Shown here: one piece after another, positions 1 through 11,347 of the stretch
Position numbering within the stretch: the stretch's first letter is position 1
How the letters are laid out: each line of letters opens with the position of its first letter
NCBI RefSeq assembly: GCF_006345805.1
Contig: NC_043005.1
Location: 77,810,001-77,874,000, forward strand
Reading direction: 5' to 3'
DNA from: Octopus sinensis
Lineage: Eukaryota
DNA length: 64,000 nt
Program-made: the position numbers and the translations under genes
The notes under the pieces: model-generated
What the model was told of the DNA's origin: nothing
Database searches by the model: none
The model's input: the letters and a program-made list of their open reading frames with translations, nothing else

Positions 1-211
1 GGTCTTGTGCTGCAATTAAAAATCCCTCTGTCTCTGCATTGAGTCCTGAGCTTCTCAACCATTGCTGGGATTTTTCTTTGTCTATTTCTTTTGCATTTAG
101 TTTAGTCCAGTATTTGCCATGAAGGGGCTTTTCGTGCCATCGTTTTATCATGGTTCGTTGCTGTTCTAGTTTTAGTTTGGAATTCATTTGTTTTATAGCT
201 TTTGTTGTCTC

Positions 212-340
212 TTCTTCTTCTTCTTCTTCTTCTTCTTCTTCTTCTTCTTCTTCTTCTTCTTCTTCTTCTTCTTCTTCTTCTTCTTCTTCTTCTTCTTCTT
301 CTTCTTCTTCTTCTTCTTCTTCTTCTTCTTCTTCTTCTTC
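212..340 (-). repeat. (TTC)43 tract, read as GAA poly-Glu inside the Dong ORF
   Basis: Perfect 129-bp triplet run between codons for PPNKY and ETTKAIK on the element's coding strand. Confidence 0.9.
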
Positions 341-3169
341 ATATTTGTTAGGTGGTATGATTTCTTGTTTGTATTTGTCAGCTTCCTTAAAAACTGAGAA
401 CAGGTTTGTATTTTGCTCGTGTTTGCCGCTATTTGTATCAGTTTTCCTTCCTTCTGAAGTAGATATTTTTGCAGTCCTATGGTGGTTATTTTATAGTAGT
501 TTTCCAGCTGTATAAGGACTCTACCACCTTCTATACGTTGTATATATAGCCTTTCTATGTCTAACTCGTCTATAATATTCTTTTTTTATTTTCTCTTTCA
601 TTTGTGTGCGTTGTGTCTTATCTAGTTCATGGATTTCTAAGTATTTGTAAGTTTGGCTTTGGTCTAGTTCTTTTATTTCATTGGTTTTATCTAGTGTGAT
701 GTTGCTACTCTTAACTAGTTTTCCTCTTTTCAGGGTTATTTTTTTAATCCAAATTTCATATCTATTTCTTTGGTGAATCCATGAACTGTCTTTAGTAGTG
801 TTTGCAGCTGTTTGTCATTTGTAGCGTATAGTTTTAAGTCATCCATATATAAAAGGTGGCTGATCGTTTTGCCGTAACATTTATGTCCGCATCCAGTTCT
901 ATTTAGCATATCAGATAGAGGTGACAGTGTCAAGCAGAAAAGGAGTGGAGAGAGCGTGTCTCCCTGGAATATTCCTCTTCGAATGGGGATGGCTTTGGTT
1001 TTCACGAGTCCCTCTTTTGTTTGGAGCTGTAGTACTGTCTGCCATTTATTCATAGAGTGTCTTAGCTATTTTATAATTGTTGGTGCTACTTTGTTAATGG
1101 CTAGTGTTTCGAGGATCCATGTGTGGGGGATGTTATCAAACGCCTTTCTGTAGTCGATCCAGGCCATACTGAGGCCTTTCTTCTTTCTGTGCCTGTCTTC
1201 AGTTATGGCTTTATTGGTCATTAGTTCATCTTTACAGCCACATGTGCCTTTGCGGCATCCTTTCTGCTCTTCTGGAAACAGGTTGTTTTCGTCCAGGTGC
1301 TTGTTCAATCTTTGCGATATTACTGCAGTAAAAGCTTTGTACATTGTTGGAAGACAGGTTATAGGTCTGTAGTTTTCTGGTTTTGCTGTCTCATTGGATT
1401 TGGGAATTAAGATGGTTTTCCCTTTCGTGAGCCATTCAGGCATTGTCTCTGGCTCTGCCAGTATGTCGTTAAAGTTTTCAGCCAGCTTTTTGTGCATTCC
1501 TGTTAGATATTTCAACCAGAAGTTGGGGATCTTGTTATGTCCAGGTGCCTTTCAGTTGCTTAGTCTTTGCAGTGCCTGGGTGACCTCTTCAGTTGTTATG
1601 GGGATCCAGAGTTGCTCAGATGCTAAGTTTGTTGTTTTAATACTCCTTTTTTTTGGTTGTTCATTCGCCGACCATATTTTTTTCCAGAATTCTTTCACTT
1701 CTTCTGCCGTTGGTGCTGCAGTGATGACTATTTTATTTTTGCCAAGTTCTTGGTAGAACTTTTTTGGGTTGGAGTTGAACTGTTTGTTTTGTTCAAAGAA
1801 ACGTTGGCGTTTCTCATACCGGCGGATCCTTTGTGCCTTGGCAAGGATATCTTGCTTTAGCTTTTCTTTTATCTCTGGTAAATCTTTTTCTGTGATGTTG
1901 AATTTGCACAGTATTTTTGTTTTCTTTTTGTTGCTCAGTAGCGTTGATTGTCTACTGATTTCGTTAAGAATCGACAGATCTTTTCTAATTTTTTTGGATG
2001 TTATTTATCTACAGGGTTAGTTTGGGTGGTGGTACTCCTGTTTGGGCGGGTTTGGGTGGGTATCCAGCTTCTTTTATGGCTGCAGTGGCTGCTGCATATA
2101 CTAAGTCATTTAGATCAGTTATATAGCTATTTGTTTCAGTGGCTATTAGTTCCGTGACGGCTAGGTTGATGTTTTTTTTGTCTATTTTGATTTTTGGGAG
2201 GTAAGGTCGATGGTCCATTTTGAGATCTGTGGTTTTCAGTTCTTTGATTATTCTACTTTTTATAGTATCATAATCATTAGGCTCCCCTTCGTTGTTTCCA
2301 GGTTTTAGATTTGTGTCACTTTCTTTCTCATTTGTATGTTTGTCTGTCGTGTTTTGGCTTGCTGCTTGTCGTGCATTATTATGCATTCTTACGGTCTGGT
2401 TTTGTTGTTTTATGTTTACATCGTTTTTGTCGGGAATGTTACGTTTGTCTTCCTGTTTTACTATCTCAGTGTTCATATTATTTGGCATTGTTGTGTGGCT
2501 GCTATCTACATTTTCCTGATGTATTTTCTCTTTTAAATGTTCTATTTCTATTTCTGATATTTTTTGCGTTGAGAATACATCTTCGTACGTTAGCTAGTTT
2601 ATTAGAGTTCATTGCTGTATCCAAGTCTTTATTTATGTTGAGCGTATAGGATTGAAATGTATTCCTTACGTGTCCATTTATGCCTTTTTAGTTTTAATTG
2701 CGGGGCATGAGGAACAACGTCCGGCCCATTATTTTGACGGTCGTCATTTTCGTAGGGTACCGGTTCGTTCATTTCTGTTGTCACATAGATTTGCACGTGT
2801 AGTTTTTCGTACATTTTGTGTTGTAAGTTTAAAGTAAGCACTTCCCGATTGTTATTCTTGGGTTGAATAATATCGGTAATATTTAATTTGTTCGTAGTTT
2901 TTTTGTACATGGTGTTTGGGACCGGAGATGATCTGGTGTTGATGGATCGTAATGTATCAAGCATGTTTACATGTTATGCTGTGTTAGAGGTGGAGATAAT
3001 ATCGAGTTAAAATACATCATTTCGTTTGGAAAATAGTAATAAATTTCAATGAGTATTACTTACTCGGATATAGTCCAATCCTTTGTCAGTTATTTTTTGA
3101 CTCCATGCGATGTCTTTGTTTCCGATGTTTGTGGATAGATTTCAGAGCACTGTTTTATCGCTCTCACAT

Positions 3170-3709
3170 GTTAAACGTCCCCGGTGTTATCTCTCAGTTA
3201 AACGTCCCCGGTGTTAACTCTTGTTAAACGTCCCCGTTGTTATCTCTTGTTAAACGTCCCCGTTGTTATCTCTTGTTAAACGTCCCCGGTGTTATCTCTT
3301 GTTAAAAGTCCCCGTTGTTAACTCTTGTTAAACGTTCCCGTTGTTAACTCTCTGTTAAACGTCCCCGATGTTATCTCTCTGTTAAGCGTCCCCAGTGTTA
3401 TCTCTTGTTAAACGTCCCCGGTGTTATCTCTTGTTAAACGTCCCCGGTGTTATCTCTTGTTAAACGTCCCCGATGTTATCTCTTGTTAAACGTTCCCGTT
3501 GTTATCTCTCTGTTAAACGTCCCCGGTGTTATCTCTTGTTAAACGTCCCCGGTGATATCTCTTGTTAAACGTCCCCGGTGATATCTCTTGTTAAACGTCC
3601 CCGGTGATATCTCTTGTTAAACGTCCCCGGTGTTATCTCTCTGTTAAGCGTCCCCAGTGTTATCTCTTGTTAAACGTCCCCGGTGTTATCTCTTGTTAAA
3701 CGTCCCCGA

Positions 3710-3714
<5 letters not shown>
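3170..3714. repeat. 26-27 bp minisatellite, 20 full units plus 1 partial (GTTAAACGTCCCCGGTGTTATCTCTT)
   Basis: Units counted directly, head-to-tail with no spacers. About one unit is present at the 5' end of Dong copy 2 (53149-53179). Confidence 0.95.

Positions 3715-3778
<64 letters not shown>
3712..3778. repeat. (TTA)n microsatellite, Dong target array
   Basis: Directly visible. Further (ATT)n tracts at about 4148-4213, 4893-4959 and 5192-5249. Confidence 0.95.
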
Positions 3779-3779
<1 letters not shown>

Positions 3780-3780
3780 T

Positions 3781-4146
3781 GGCCAAGGCCTCATTGACTT
3801 TTTCAGGTTCCAGGGAGGTACTGTCACCCAGTGAGTTTGTTGAAAGGTGGGTGAATGTAGCAAGAATGGCCCGCGTGACTGGGCCTACTCTAAGTGTGCG
3901 CATGTAGGCACAGATGGATTGGAGAGGAGAGGGTGTCTTCCTGAGAAGCCTTTGGTGTTAAAGGTTCCAAAGTACGCGAGGTCTCTTCGGTCACACAACG
4001 GTGGAACTCCCCCCTATTGGGGAAGCATATTTTTTATTTAATCTCTTTGTTAATCGTTGTGTTTGTTGGTTGTTTAACCTCACTGTCCTTCGTCTGTGTA
4101 TCATCCTCTGTGTTTTGTGCTCGGCCCTGGAGGCCAATAAAAAATA

Positions 4147-4150
<4 letters not shown>
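3781..4150 (+). mobile_element. 5'-truncated 3' end of a probable L1/Tx1-like LINE
   Basis: C-terminal REVLSPSEFVERWVNVARMAR, a 3' UTR, AATAAA at 4136 and an (ATT)n tail. A homologous copy lies at 13339-13746. Confidence 0.5.
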
Positions 4151-4213
<63 letters not shown>

Positions 4214-4435
4214 CTTTTTTTTTCTTCTTTCAAATTTGCTTCCATTTCTTGCCGGGTGTCTTCCCGACTCCTAGGGCAGAGAAACTCATAGTATACATTG
4301 GTAGGCCATTAAACTAAACTCACTAGTTCGTTCATTTTTTTAAAGTTAAATTAAAATACATGGGTAGTAATAGTTCTCACATCGACAATGCTCTTCTCAA
4401 TACGTGTGATGTACCATATTATTATTATTATTATT

Positions 4436-4892
4436 GAGTGAGAGAGCAGTTCATGCCATCAAAGTGACACTGGGGTAAAATATACGAAGCCCAATATACC
4501 CATCATGACTACCCGTCTGATAAAGGTACACCAGGCACATGCATCACAACCATATGTGCGCAACATGGTGATCTCATATCAAGATAAACAGCACATGACC
4601 TTGCAGGTGGGGCCAGTTAGAATTTTCTTCAGGTTGAGTAGCCCATCCCGCTCAAACGGTCCCTGAATAAGGGTTGCTTAAGGATGTTGAAAGAACCACC
4701 CATGTTTCCAGAGGTGAACTATTCAAACCCCAAAGAATCCCTCTCAACACATGGCTATGATGCTCCCCCACTACTTCTGCTCGTGATCAGAGATGCACAT
4801 ATCGTCAGCCACTAAGGGACATGCTCAACTGGTTAAGGTCAAACAACTGACAAGCAAATCTGTGGTATTGAGCAGAATATTTGCTGTAGCCC
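4436..4892 (+). mobile_element. ~540-bp non-coding dispersed element embedded in (ATT)n, copy a (truncated)
   Basis: Highly similar to 5256-5798 and to the reverse complement of 14402-14934. Flanked on both sides by (ATT)n. Confidence 0.8.
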
Positions 4893-4959
<67 letters not shown>

Positions 4960-4960
<1 letters not shown>

Positions 4961-5190
4961 TATGTTTGACTTTTGCTTTATATTTGTACAAGTTGTCTCC
5001 AAGTCTTACCCAGAAACCTCAAGAGACAACAGGTTGGAAGTTCACGTTGTTGTTATGCCTAGTGTGCCATATATTTGTTTTTTTTTGGTGTTGTACTAGT
5101 GAATGTCTAATAAAAGTAATTTTTAAATTGTTTGTTTTAAACCTTGAGATTACATAGAAAGTATTTTGCGTAGGATATGAGCAGTTCCCA

Positions 5191-5192
<2 letters not shown>
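4960..5192 (-). mobile_element. 3' fragment of a second Dong/R4 lineage
   Basis: Minus strand encodes the C-terminal MGTAHILRKILSM*, homologous to GTAHILRRTLS of copy 2. Sits between (ATT)n tracts. Confidence 0.7.
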
Positions 5193-5253
<61 letters not shown>

Positions 5254-5255
5254 TT

Positions 5256-5798
5256 AGTGAGAGAGAGCAATGCATATTATCAAAGTGACACTGGGATAAA
5301 ATATACGAAGCCCAGTATATCCATCATGACTACCTGTCTGATAAGGGTACACCAAGCACATGCATTACAACCATATGTGCACGACATAATGATCTTACAT
5401 GACCTTGCAGGTGGGGTCCAGTTACTATTTTCTTCAGTTTGAGTAGCCCATCCCGCTCAAAATGTCTCTGAATAATAGTTGTTTAAGGATGATGAACAAA
5501 ACACCCATGTTTCCAGAGGTGAATTATCCAAACCCCAAAGAATCCCTCTCAACACATGGCTATGATGCCCCCACCACTACTTCTGCTCGTGATCAGAGAT
5601 GCACATATCGTCAGCCACTAAGGGACATGCTCAAGTGGTAAAGATCAAGCAACTGATAAGCAACTCTGTGGTATTGAGCAGAATATATCTACTGTATTCC
5701 ATCTTTTATACCGAGACAAAACAATGTCCATGATAACACTCCCAATCATTTAAGATGAAAACGCATGAGATCCACTACTTGGTACTGCATCCGGGCAT
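5256..5798 (+). mobile_element. ~540-bp non-coding element, copy b (apparently full length)
   Basis: Same sequence as copies a and c. Begins directly after (ATT)n. Confidence 0.8.
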
Positions 5799-5811
5799 TT
5801 ATTTATCTATT

Positions 5812-6808
5812 ATTATTTTACTTTTAATCTGCATGTTTGTTACAGTCACTTGCTGAGACACACTGAGCGTCCTAGGGCGAGTGAAGGATAAGAGATATTA
5901 CAGTATGACTGAAAGCTTGGGGAGGGGAGGTAGCGAAATATCTTCATGTAATACTATACATACATTGAAATGGATAGAGTTTTTCTAAGGATGTGGGTAT
6001 TACTTGTCAGCACAATCTTTTGGATTTCTCTGAGACATGGTTCTCCTGGTATCTTATCTAGTTGTTTCTGACATCCCTTTCTTATCATACCTAGGGAACC
6101 TACAATAACAAGAACAGTTTTCGTTTGAAGATGCCGCATCTTTTGTATTTCAATTTCCGGGTCCTTATATTTATTTAGTTTGTCAAATTTCTTGACAGAT
6201 ATATTTATAGCAGAGGGAACACTTCTATTAATCTACAAGTATTTTCTTTGCCGTCTTTAAGAAATACGTTTGGTCAATTAGCCTGGATCGTTCTGTCAGT
6301 GTTGACTGGAAAATCCCAGAGGATAATTACATTTTTACCTTCAATGACTGGTTCAGGATGATGTTCATACCAGTAAGCAGAAGTGCTGATTTTGCAGTGT
6401 TTACATATTTTCCAATGTAAAAACTATCCTACCCTATCATGGCGATTTTTGTATTCGTTTGGTGTCAGCAGAGGACATTCCAAAGACGAGATGGTCTATT
6501 GTTTCGTCAAATGTGACGCAGAATCTGCATTTAGGATCAGAACAGATTTGAAAAACGTTAGCCTGGTAGTTTTTTTTTGTGAGCAAGGTTTGATCTTGTG
6601 CTGCCAATCTTCAGTCTCTGCTTTCATTTCTGAATTTCTCAGTCACTGATGGGTTGTTATTTGATCTACGTCAGCATTTCGATTTCGAACTATATACTGT
6701 CCATGCAGAGGCTTCTGGTTCCACCGCTCCTCAATTTGTCGCTGGCAGTTCTTTTTTGCAGTCTGTTTGATCCGTTTTACTTGTTTTGTGACAGTGGTTC
6801 CAAAAGAA
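5812..6808 (-). mobile_element. 3' ~1 kb of a third Dong/R4 lineage, degenerate
   Basis: Minus-strand remnants WNQKPLHGQY, KAETE..AAQDQTL and HLQTKTVLVIVGSLGMI..HILRKTLSI, colinear with the C-terminal half of copy 2. Confidence 0.8.
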
Positions 6809-6829
6809 GAGAACAACACAGAGGATGCC

Positions 6830-7061
6830 TATTTCTTTACTGCCCACAGGGGGCTACGCACAGAGAGGACAAACAAGGACAGACAAACGGATTAAGTTGA
6901 TTATATCGACCCCAGTGCGTAACTGGTACTTATTTAATCGACCCCGAAAGGATGAAAGGCGAAGTCGACCTCGGCGGAATTTAAACTCAGAACGTAACGG
7001 CAGACGAAATACGTTAAGCATTTCGCCCGGCGTGCTGACGATTCTGCCAGCTCGCCGCCTT
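6830..7061 (-). mobile_element. tRNA-derived SINE family A (AAGGCGGCGAGCTGGCAGAA head)
   Basis: B-box GAGTTYAAATTCC, conserved CCTTTCATCCTTTCGGGGTCGAT body and AAAGAAATA tail. Many copies in the window. Confidence 0.85.
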
Positions 7062-7493
7062 ATATATTTATAATGTAATGCTCCGTGATAGAAAGATCAA
7101 CAAAAACAGGACTCCATCTAGGGAGAGATAAATATTATTTATTCAAAGGACACAATACATGTCTTTACGTGCTACTAATCGTTTCATATGTTGAGAAATA
7201 TCTCAAACATATTCATCAGGCACAAACCACATTTCATTGGCAACGAACTAAAAAAAAAGAAACTAAATAAAAGAAGAATCGCTGAGAAGGCAGCATATAG
7301 AAAACGCAAAAGGCTAAAAAACGGAAAACGAAAAGGTAAAAAGTAAAATGCAAAAACTAAAAAAAGGTAAAAAAACTAATAAAAGGTAAAAGAGTTATCT
7401 TTCTTTGACCTTAGATTATAAGGCTGGAAAGATAACAAGTTAATCAGATATAGGCGGAATTTTCCAGTTCTCCAAAATATATTTATACATATA

Positions 7494-7992
7494 CTAGCAG
7501 TATCGCCCGGCGTTGCTCGGGTTTGTAAAGGAAATAACTATATAAGCATTTTTAGAGAGTTGCTTCCCTTATAGATGCCAATTCGGGCTTTCTTAGCCAT
7601 TTCTGTTTTGGTGTCTTCAAGCCATGAAGTCGTTGTTCTAAAAGAACGCTGGTCTCCTTGACAACGCTTTACGACGTTGATTTCCTTACACTCCCTTCCC
7701 CACAGCTTCACGAGGGAGAAACAAACAGGTGCAGGTGTGACCATGGACGCCAACTCCGCCGCCATCGACACACGAAAAATTATGCATTAAAATGGAATAA
7801 AAAATTATGTTAAATTATTTTTAAAATCGTAGACTCATCGTAGACGCGCGCTAATACTCAGACGAGCTCGATATGAATCACGACTATAAGATACTCGAAT
7901 TTGGTTAAACTGCACCGCAAAATGTGGGAGTAGTTAGGAATCTAAATCGAAGGGGACAGACACTCACACAACTACAGTTTTATATATATAGA
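7494..7992 (-). mobile_element. Non-autonomous Helitron (~500 bp)
   Basis: On the minus strand: 5' TC at 7992, subterminal hairpin CCCGAGCAACGCCGGG, 3' CTAG at 7497-7494, inserted between A and T with no TSD. Confidence 0.75.
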
Positions 7993-8433
7993 TATTTACA
8001 CACACGCGCGGGCACGCGCGCGCACACACACAGCTGAAGGACTAAATAACGTTCATGATTATTATCAGGTAGTCAGAATGAAAAAAGAACTTATAGCTAA
8101 TTTATATATTAAATTAATAATTATATATGGATATGTATAATTATTTATATTCATATTCCCGTGTATTGTGTTGACGAAGGAAAATGTCGTTTTTATGGCT
8201 ATAATCCCGAAACTGGACGCAATTCACAATTAATGTGAAGTGTTTTATAGTATTTTTTCACTTGCCTGACTATAACCTGTGTCTTTGAGTTATTCGGTAG
8301 TTTCTTAGTGCCTTGGCATTTATTTCAAGCATGTAGTAGGCAAGTATATATATATGTAGACATATGTATGTATACATATGCCTACGTATCATATGTGTAT
8401 GTGTGTGCATGTATATGAAAGTATCTCTCTCTT

Positions 8434-8465
<32 letters not shown>

Positions 8466-8488
8466 CATATATATATTTATATATACGT

Positions 8489-8552
8489 GGAGACGCAATG
8501 GCCCAGTGGTTAGGGCAGCGGACTTGCGGGTGTAGGATCGCGCTTTCGATTC

Positions 8553-8555
<3 letters not shown>
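8489..8555 (+). mobile_element. tRNA-like SINE head H1 only, truncated at (TA)n
   Basis: A-box TGGCCCAGTGG and B-box-like TTTCGATTCC. Matches the heads at 10414-10713 and 20379-20690. Confidence 0.7.
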
Positions 8556-8613
<58 letters not shown>

Positions 8614-9121
8614 TACACATACACATACGTAAATGCATAAATATATGCAAATATACATACATAAACACACACACACTCATATAAACATAGATATTTACAT
8701 ATATATATATAAATATGTAAACATATACATATATATAAACATATACATATGCATACACGCACATATTGATAGACAAGTAAAAATAAGCATATGTACTCAT
8801 GCAGTGGGTTTTAATATTCTACGAGACACACACATACACGATAGAAAAAGATGGTTAGATATGTAGATAGCCAAATCCACAGACAGGTACCTCGATGTCT
8901 CACTTAGTACATGTATCATTTACACTATTGGTTTAAATAAATAGATAGCATAAAAGAAATAAAAAGATAAAATTGATAAGCCCACTAAAATAGGATTTGC
9001 CATGATAAAATACCATAAGTCGTACAGGGTTAAAATCTAGGAGAGACACACCTACATTGAATACACACGTGCATTATTGCATACATATAAACAAACATCC
9101 ATACCTTCGTATATTTACATA

Positions 9122-10386
9122 CAGGTGTTGGACAAAATAATGGAAACACCATAAAATTTCAAACAAATTATTTTAATATGGGGTAGGACCGCCTTTCGCA
9201 GTAATTGCAGCTTGAATTCTACGAGGTATAGACTCGTGCAAAGTTTGAATTGTTTCCAAAGGAATTTTTGTCCATTCTTCAGCTAAAACAGTCTCCAGTT
9301 CTTGTAGTGGTGATTGTGGAGGATATCGACGCATTACTTGTTTTTCTTAAATGCACCATAAATGTTCAATAATATTGAAATCTGTGGACTGTGGTAACCA
9401 GATAAGACGTTCAACTTCACTAGAATGTTCCTCGTGCAATTCAGTAACAACTTTAGTTGTGTGAATTGGTGCATTACCATCCTGAAAGATTGCATTTCCC
9501 TCCGGAAACAGTTCTGTAAACATGGGAGGAATTTGATCAGATAAAGGGTTAAATAGTCTTGGCTATTAATTCTGCCATGAAGGGAAACCGTTGGGCCGGC
9601 GGATTTCCAAGATATAGCCCCCACCCCGATCATCACAGGCCCTCCTCCATGTTTAACAGTTGGAAGAAGGCAGTCTGGGTCAAATGCTTCTTTTGGCTGT
9701 CTCCACGCGTGTACTAGGCCGGAGGTCGGAAATAAGGTAAAGGATGGCTCGTCCGAGAAAATAACATCCTTCCTCTGCTCTAGGGACAATTCTGTAGGTT
9801 TTTACTCCACTCTAAACGCTTTGCAACGTTTGTTTTTGAAAGTATTGGTTTTCTGATTGCAGTCCTCCCATGAAATCCGACTTGGTGCAGCTCTTGGTGA
9901 ACAATTTTTGTGGAAACTGGGTTCTCGAGGGGGTCTGCAATAATTTTGGGAGCTATAATTTTGTGATCCGTTCTAACAATTCGCGTATGAGTCCGACGGT
10001 CCCTATATGAAAGTTTTGGTTTACTTCCGGAGCTTTGTTTCAACGAGGAGGTTTTGCCTTCTTTCTCAATGGATGTCATTACTTTCGAGACAGTACTTCT
10101 TGATACACCAAACATTTCGGCTGTTTTCGGTATGCTAGCGCCTGTCATACGAGTACCAACAATTTGACCTCTTGGAAAGTCCGATAGATCTGTTATTTTA
10201 ATTAATCTTAATTACCTCTTTTCTGATGATATCTGAAAACAAAACACCAATCTTAGCAAAACGTATTAAGCAACATTAATAATAAATCTAAAAACATAAA
10301 GTAAACAATCTTTTGACGGTTTTGTAGATGTTTCAAAATTATGATGCAATGATGCTGGGTGCTTTCATCATTTTGTTCAACCCCTG
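9122..10386 (-). mobile_element. Tc1-family DNA transposon, full length, frameshifted transposase
   Basis: ~29-bp imperfect TIRs CAGGTGTTGGACAAAATAATGGAAACACC / CAGGGGTTGAACAAAATGATGAAAGCACC and TA TSDs. ORFs 9780-10148 (HTH) and 9334-9789 (VIFSDE, PTVKHGGG) carry Tc1 DD34E motifs. Confidence 0.92.
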
Positions 10387-10413
10387 TATATATTTACATA
10401 TATATATATATAT

Positions 10414-10713
10414 ATCACCGTGATCACCGTGACCGACCAGGCTATCAGATGTTGCTACACATCGCTGGTCACAATGCGCTTCACATTGATTTTTAGCCTT
10501 CAAATGACGCCACCCCGCTGGCTAAGCGAGCAGGCCAATAGAAGAAAGAGTGAGAAAGTTGTGGCGAAAGAGTACACCAGGGACAGCCACCACCCCCTGC
10601 CAGAGCCTCGTGGAGCTTTTTAGGTGTTTTCGCTCCATAAACACTCACAACGCCCGGTCTGGGAATCGAAACTGCGAGTCCGCTACCCTAACCACTGGGC
10701 CATTGCGCCTCCA
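10414..10713 (-). mobile_element. SINE, head H1 plus tail T1 ending in (CACGGTGAT)2
   Basis: tRNA-like head, body and short tandem 3' repeat. Inserted in (TA)n. Confidence 0.85.
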
Positions 10714-10830
10714 TATATATATATATATAAATATATATATATTATATATACACAAAGTAAGATAGGGGTTATGGGTACAACCCACTATGGGATAGTATTT
10801 ATCCAATAGTATTTTTAAAGTTCCTTATAA

Positions 10831-10960
10831 CCTCTGACGAGGCCTATGGTTATATATATAAGTACCCTATTTTTAATTACCTACAACCTCACTATGTTGA
10901 CAACTATAGGCAATAAAATAAAATAACTACTTTTAGCCATAGGCTGAAACAGCTGTAAGA
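10831..10960 (+). ncRNA. Hammerhead-like motif with an 87-nt loop II
   Basis: CTGACGA, stem GGCCTATGG/CCATAGGCT, GAAA, palindromic CAGCTG, then TA. Stem I is weak. Confidence 0.4.
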
Positions 10961-11147
10961 AGTGATTTTAATGATTTCAATAATTTATATTATGACTTTT
11001 ATAATTTGTATTCTTATCTTAAATGTATTGAATTATAAGGTATATATATATATATATGCTATTGAGGTTTTCATTTTGTTAAATAAATAATAATCCAACT
11101 TCTAATATCCGAAGTTGATGAACAATAAATTTGTTTCTCCATTTTCT

Positions 11148-11224
<77 letters not shown>

Positions 11225-11302
11225 GCACGCATACATATATGCATATACATATATGCATATAATATATATATATATATATCTATATGCTTTATCTATCTAT
11301 CA

Positions 11303-11347
<45 letters not shown>

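Larger units (their letters stand above)
1..3714 (-). mobile_element. R4/Dong-clade non-LTR retrotransposon, copy 1 (decayed; 3' part runs off the window edge)
   Basis: Minus-strand ORF pieces 2629-2964, 2009-2488, 1066-1515 (KPENYRPITCL..FPEEQKG) and 736-1053 (RGIFQGDTLSPLLF..HLLYMDDLKL) give an RT with YMDD. Colinear with copy 2 at 49724-53179. The 5' end abuts (TTA)n. Confidence 0.9.

Noticed and set aside
150-515. Poly-Ser and poly-Phe ORFs (also 49872-50172)
   Set aside because: Antisense readings of the (TTC)n tract inside Dong.
3170-3714. CRISPR-like array
   Set aside because: Units are contiguous with no unique spacers, there are no cas genes, and the context is a eukaryotic retrotransposon end.
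8489-8555. tRNA genes (this and other A/B-box sequences)
   Set aside because: They lack a complete cloverleaf or acceptor stem and continue into SINE bodies.
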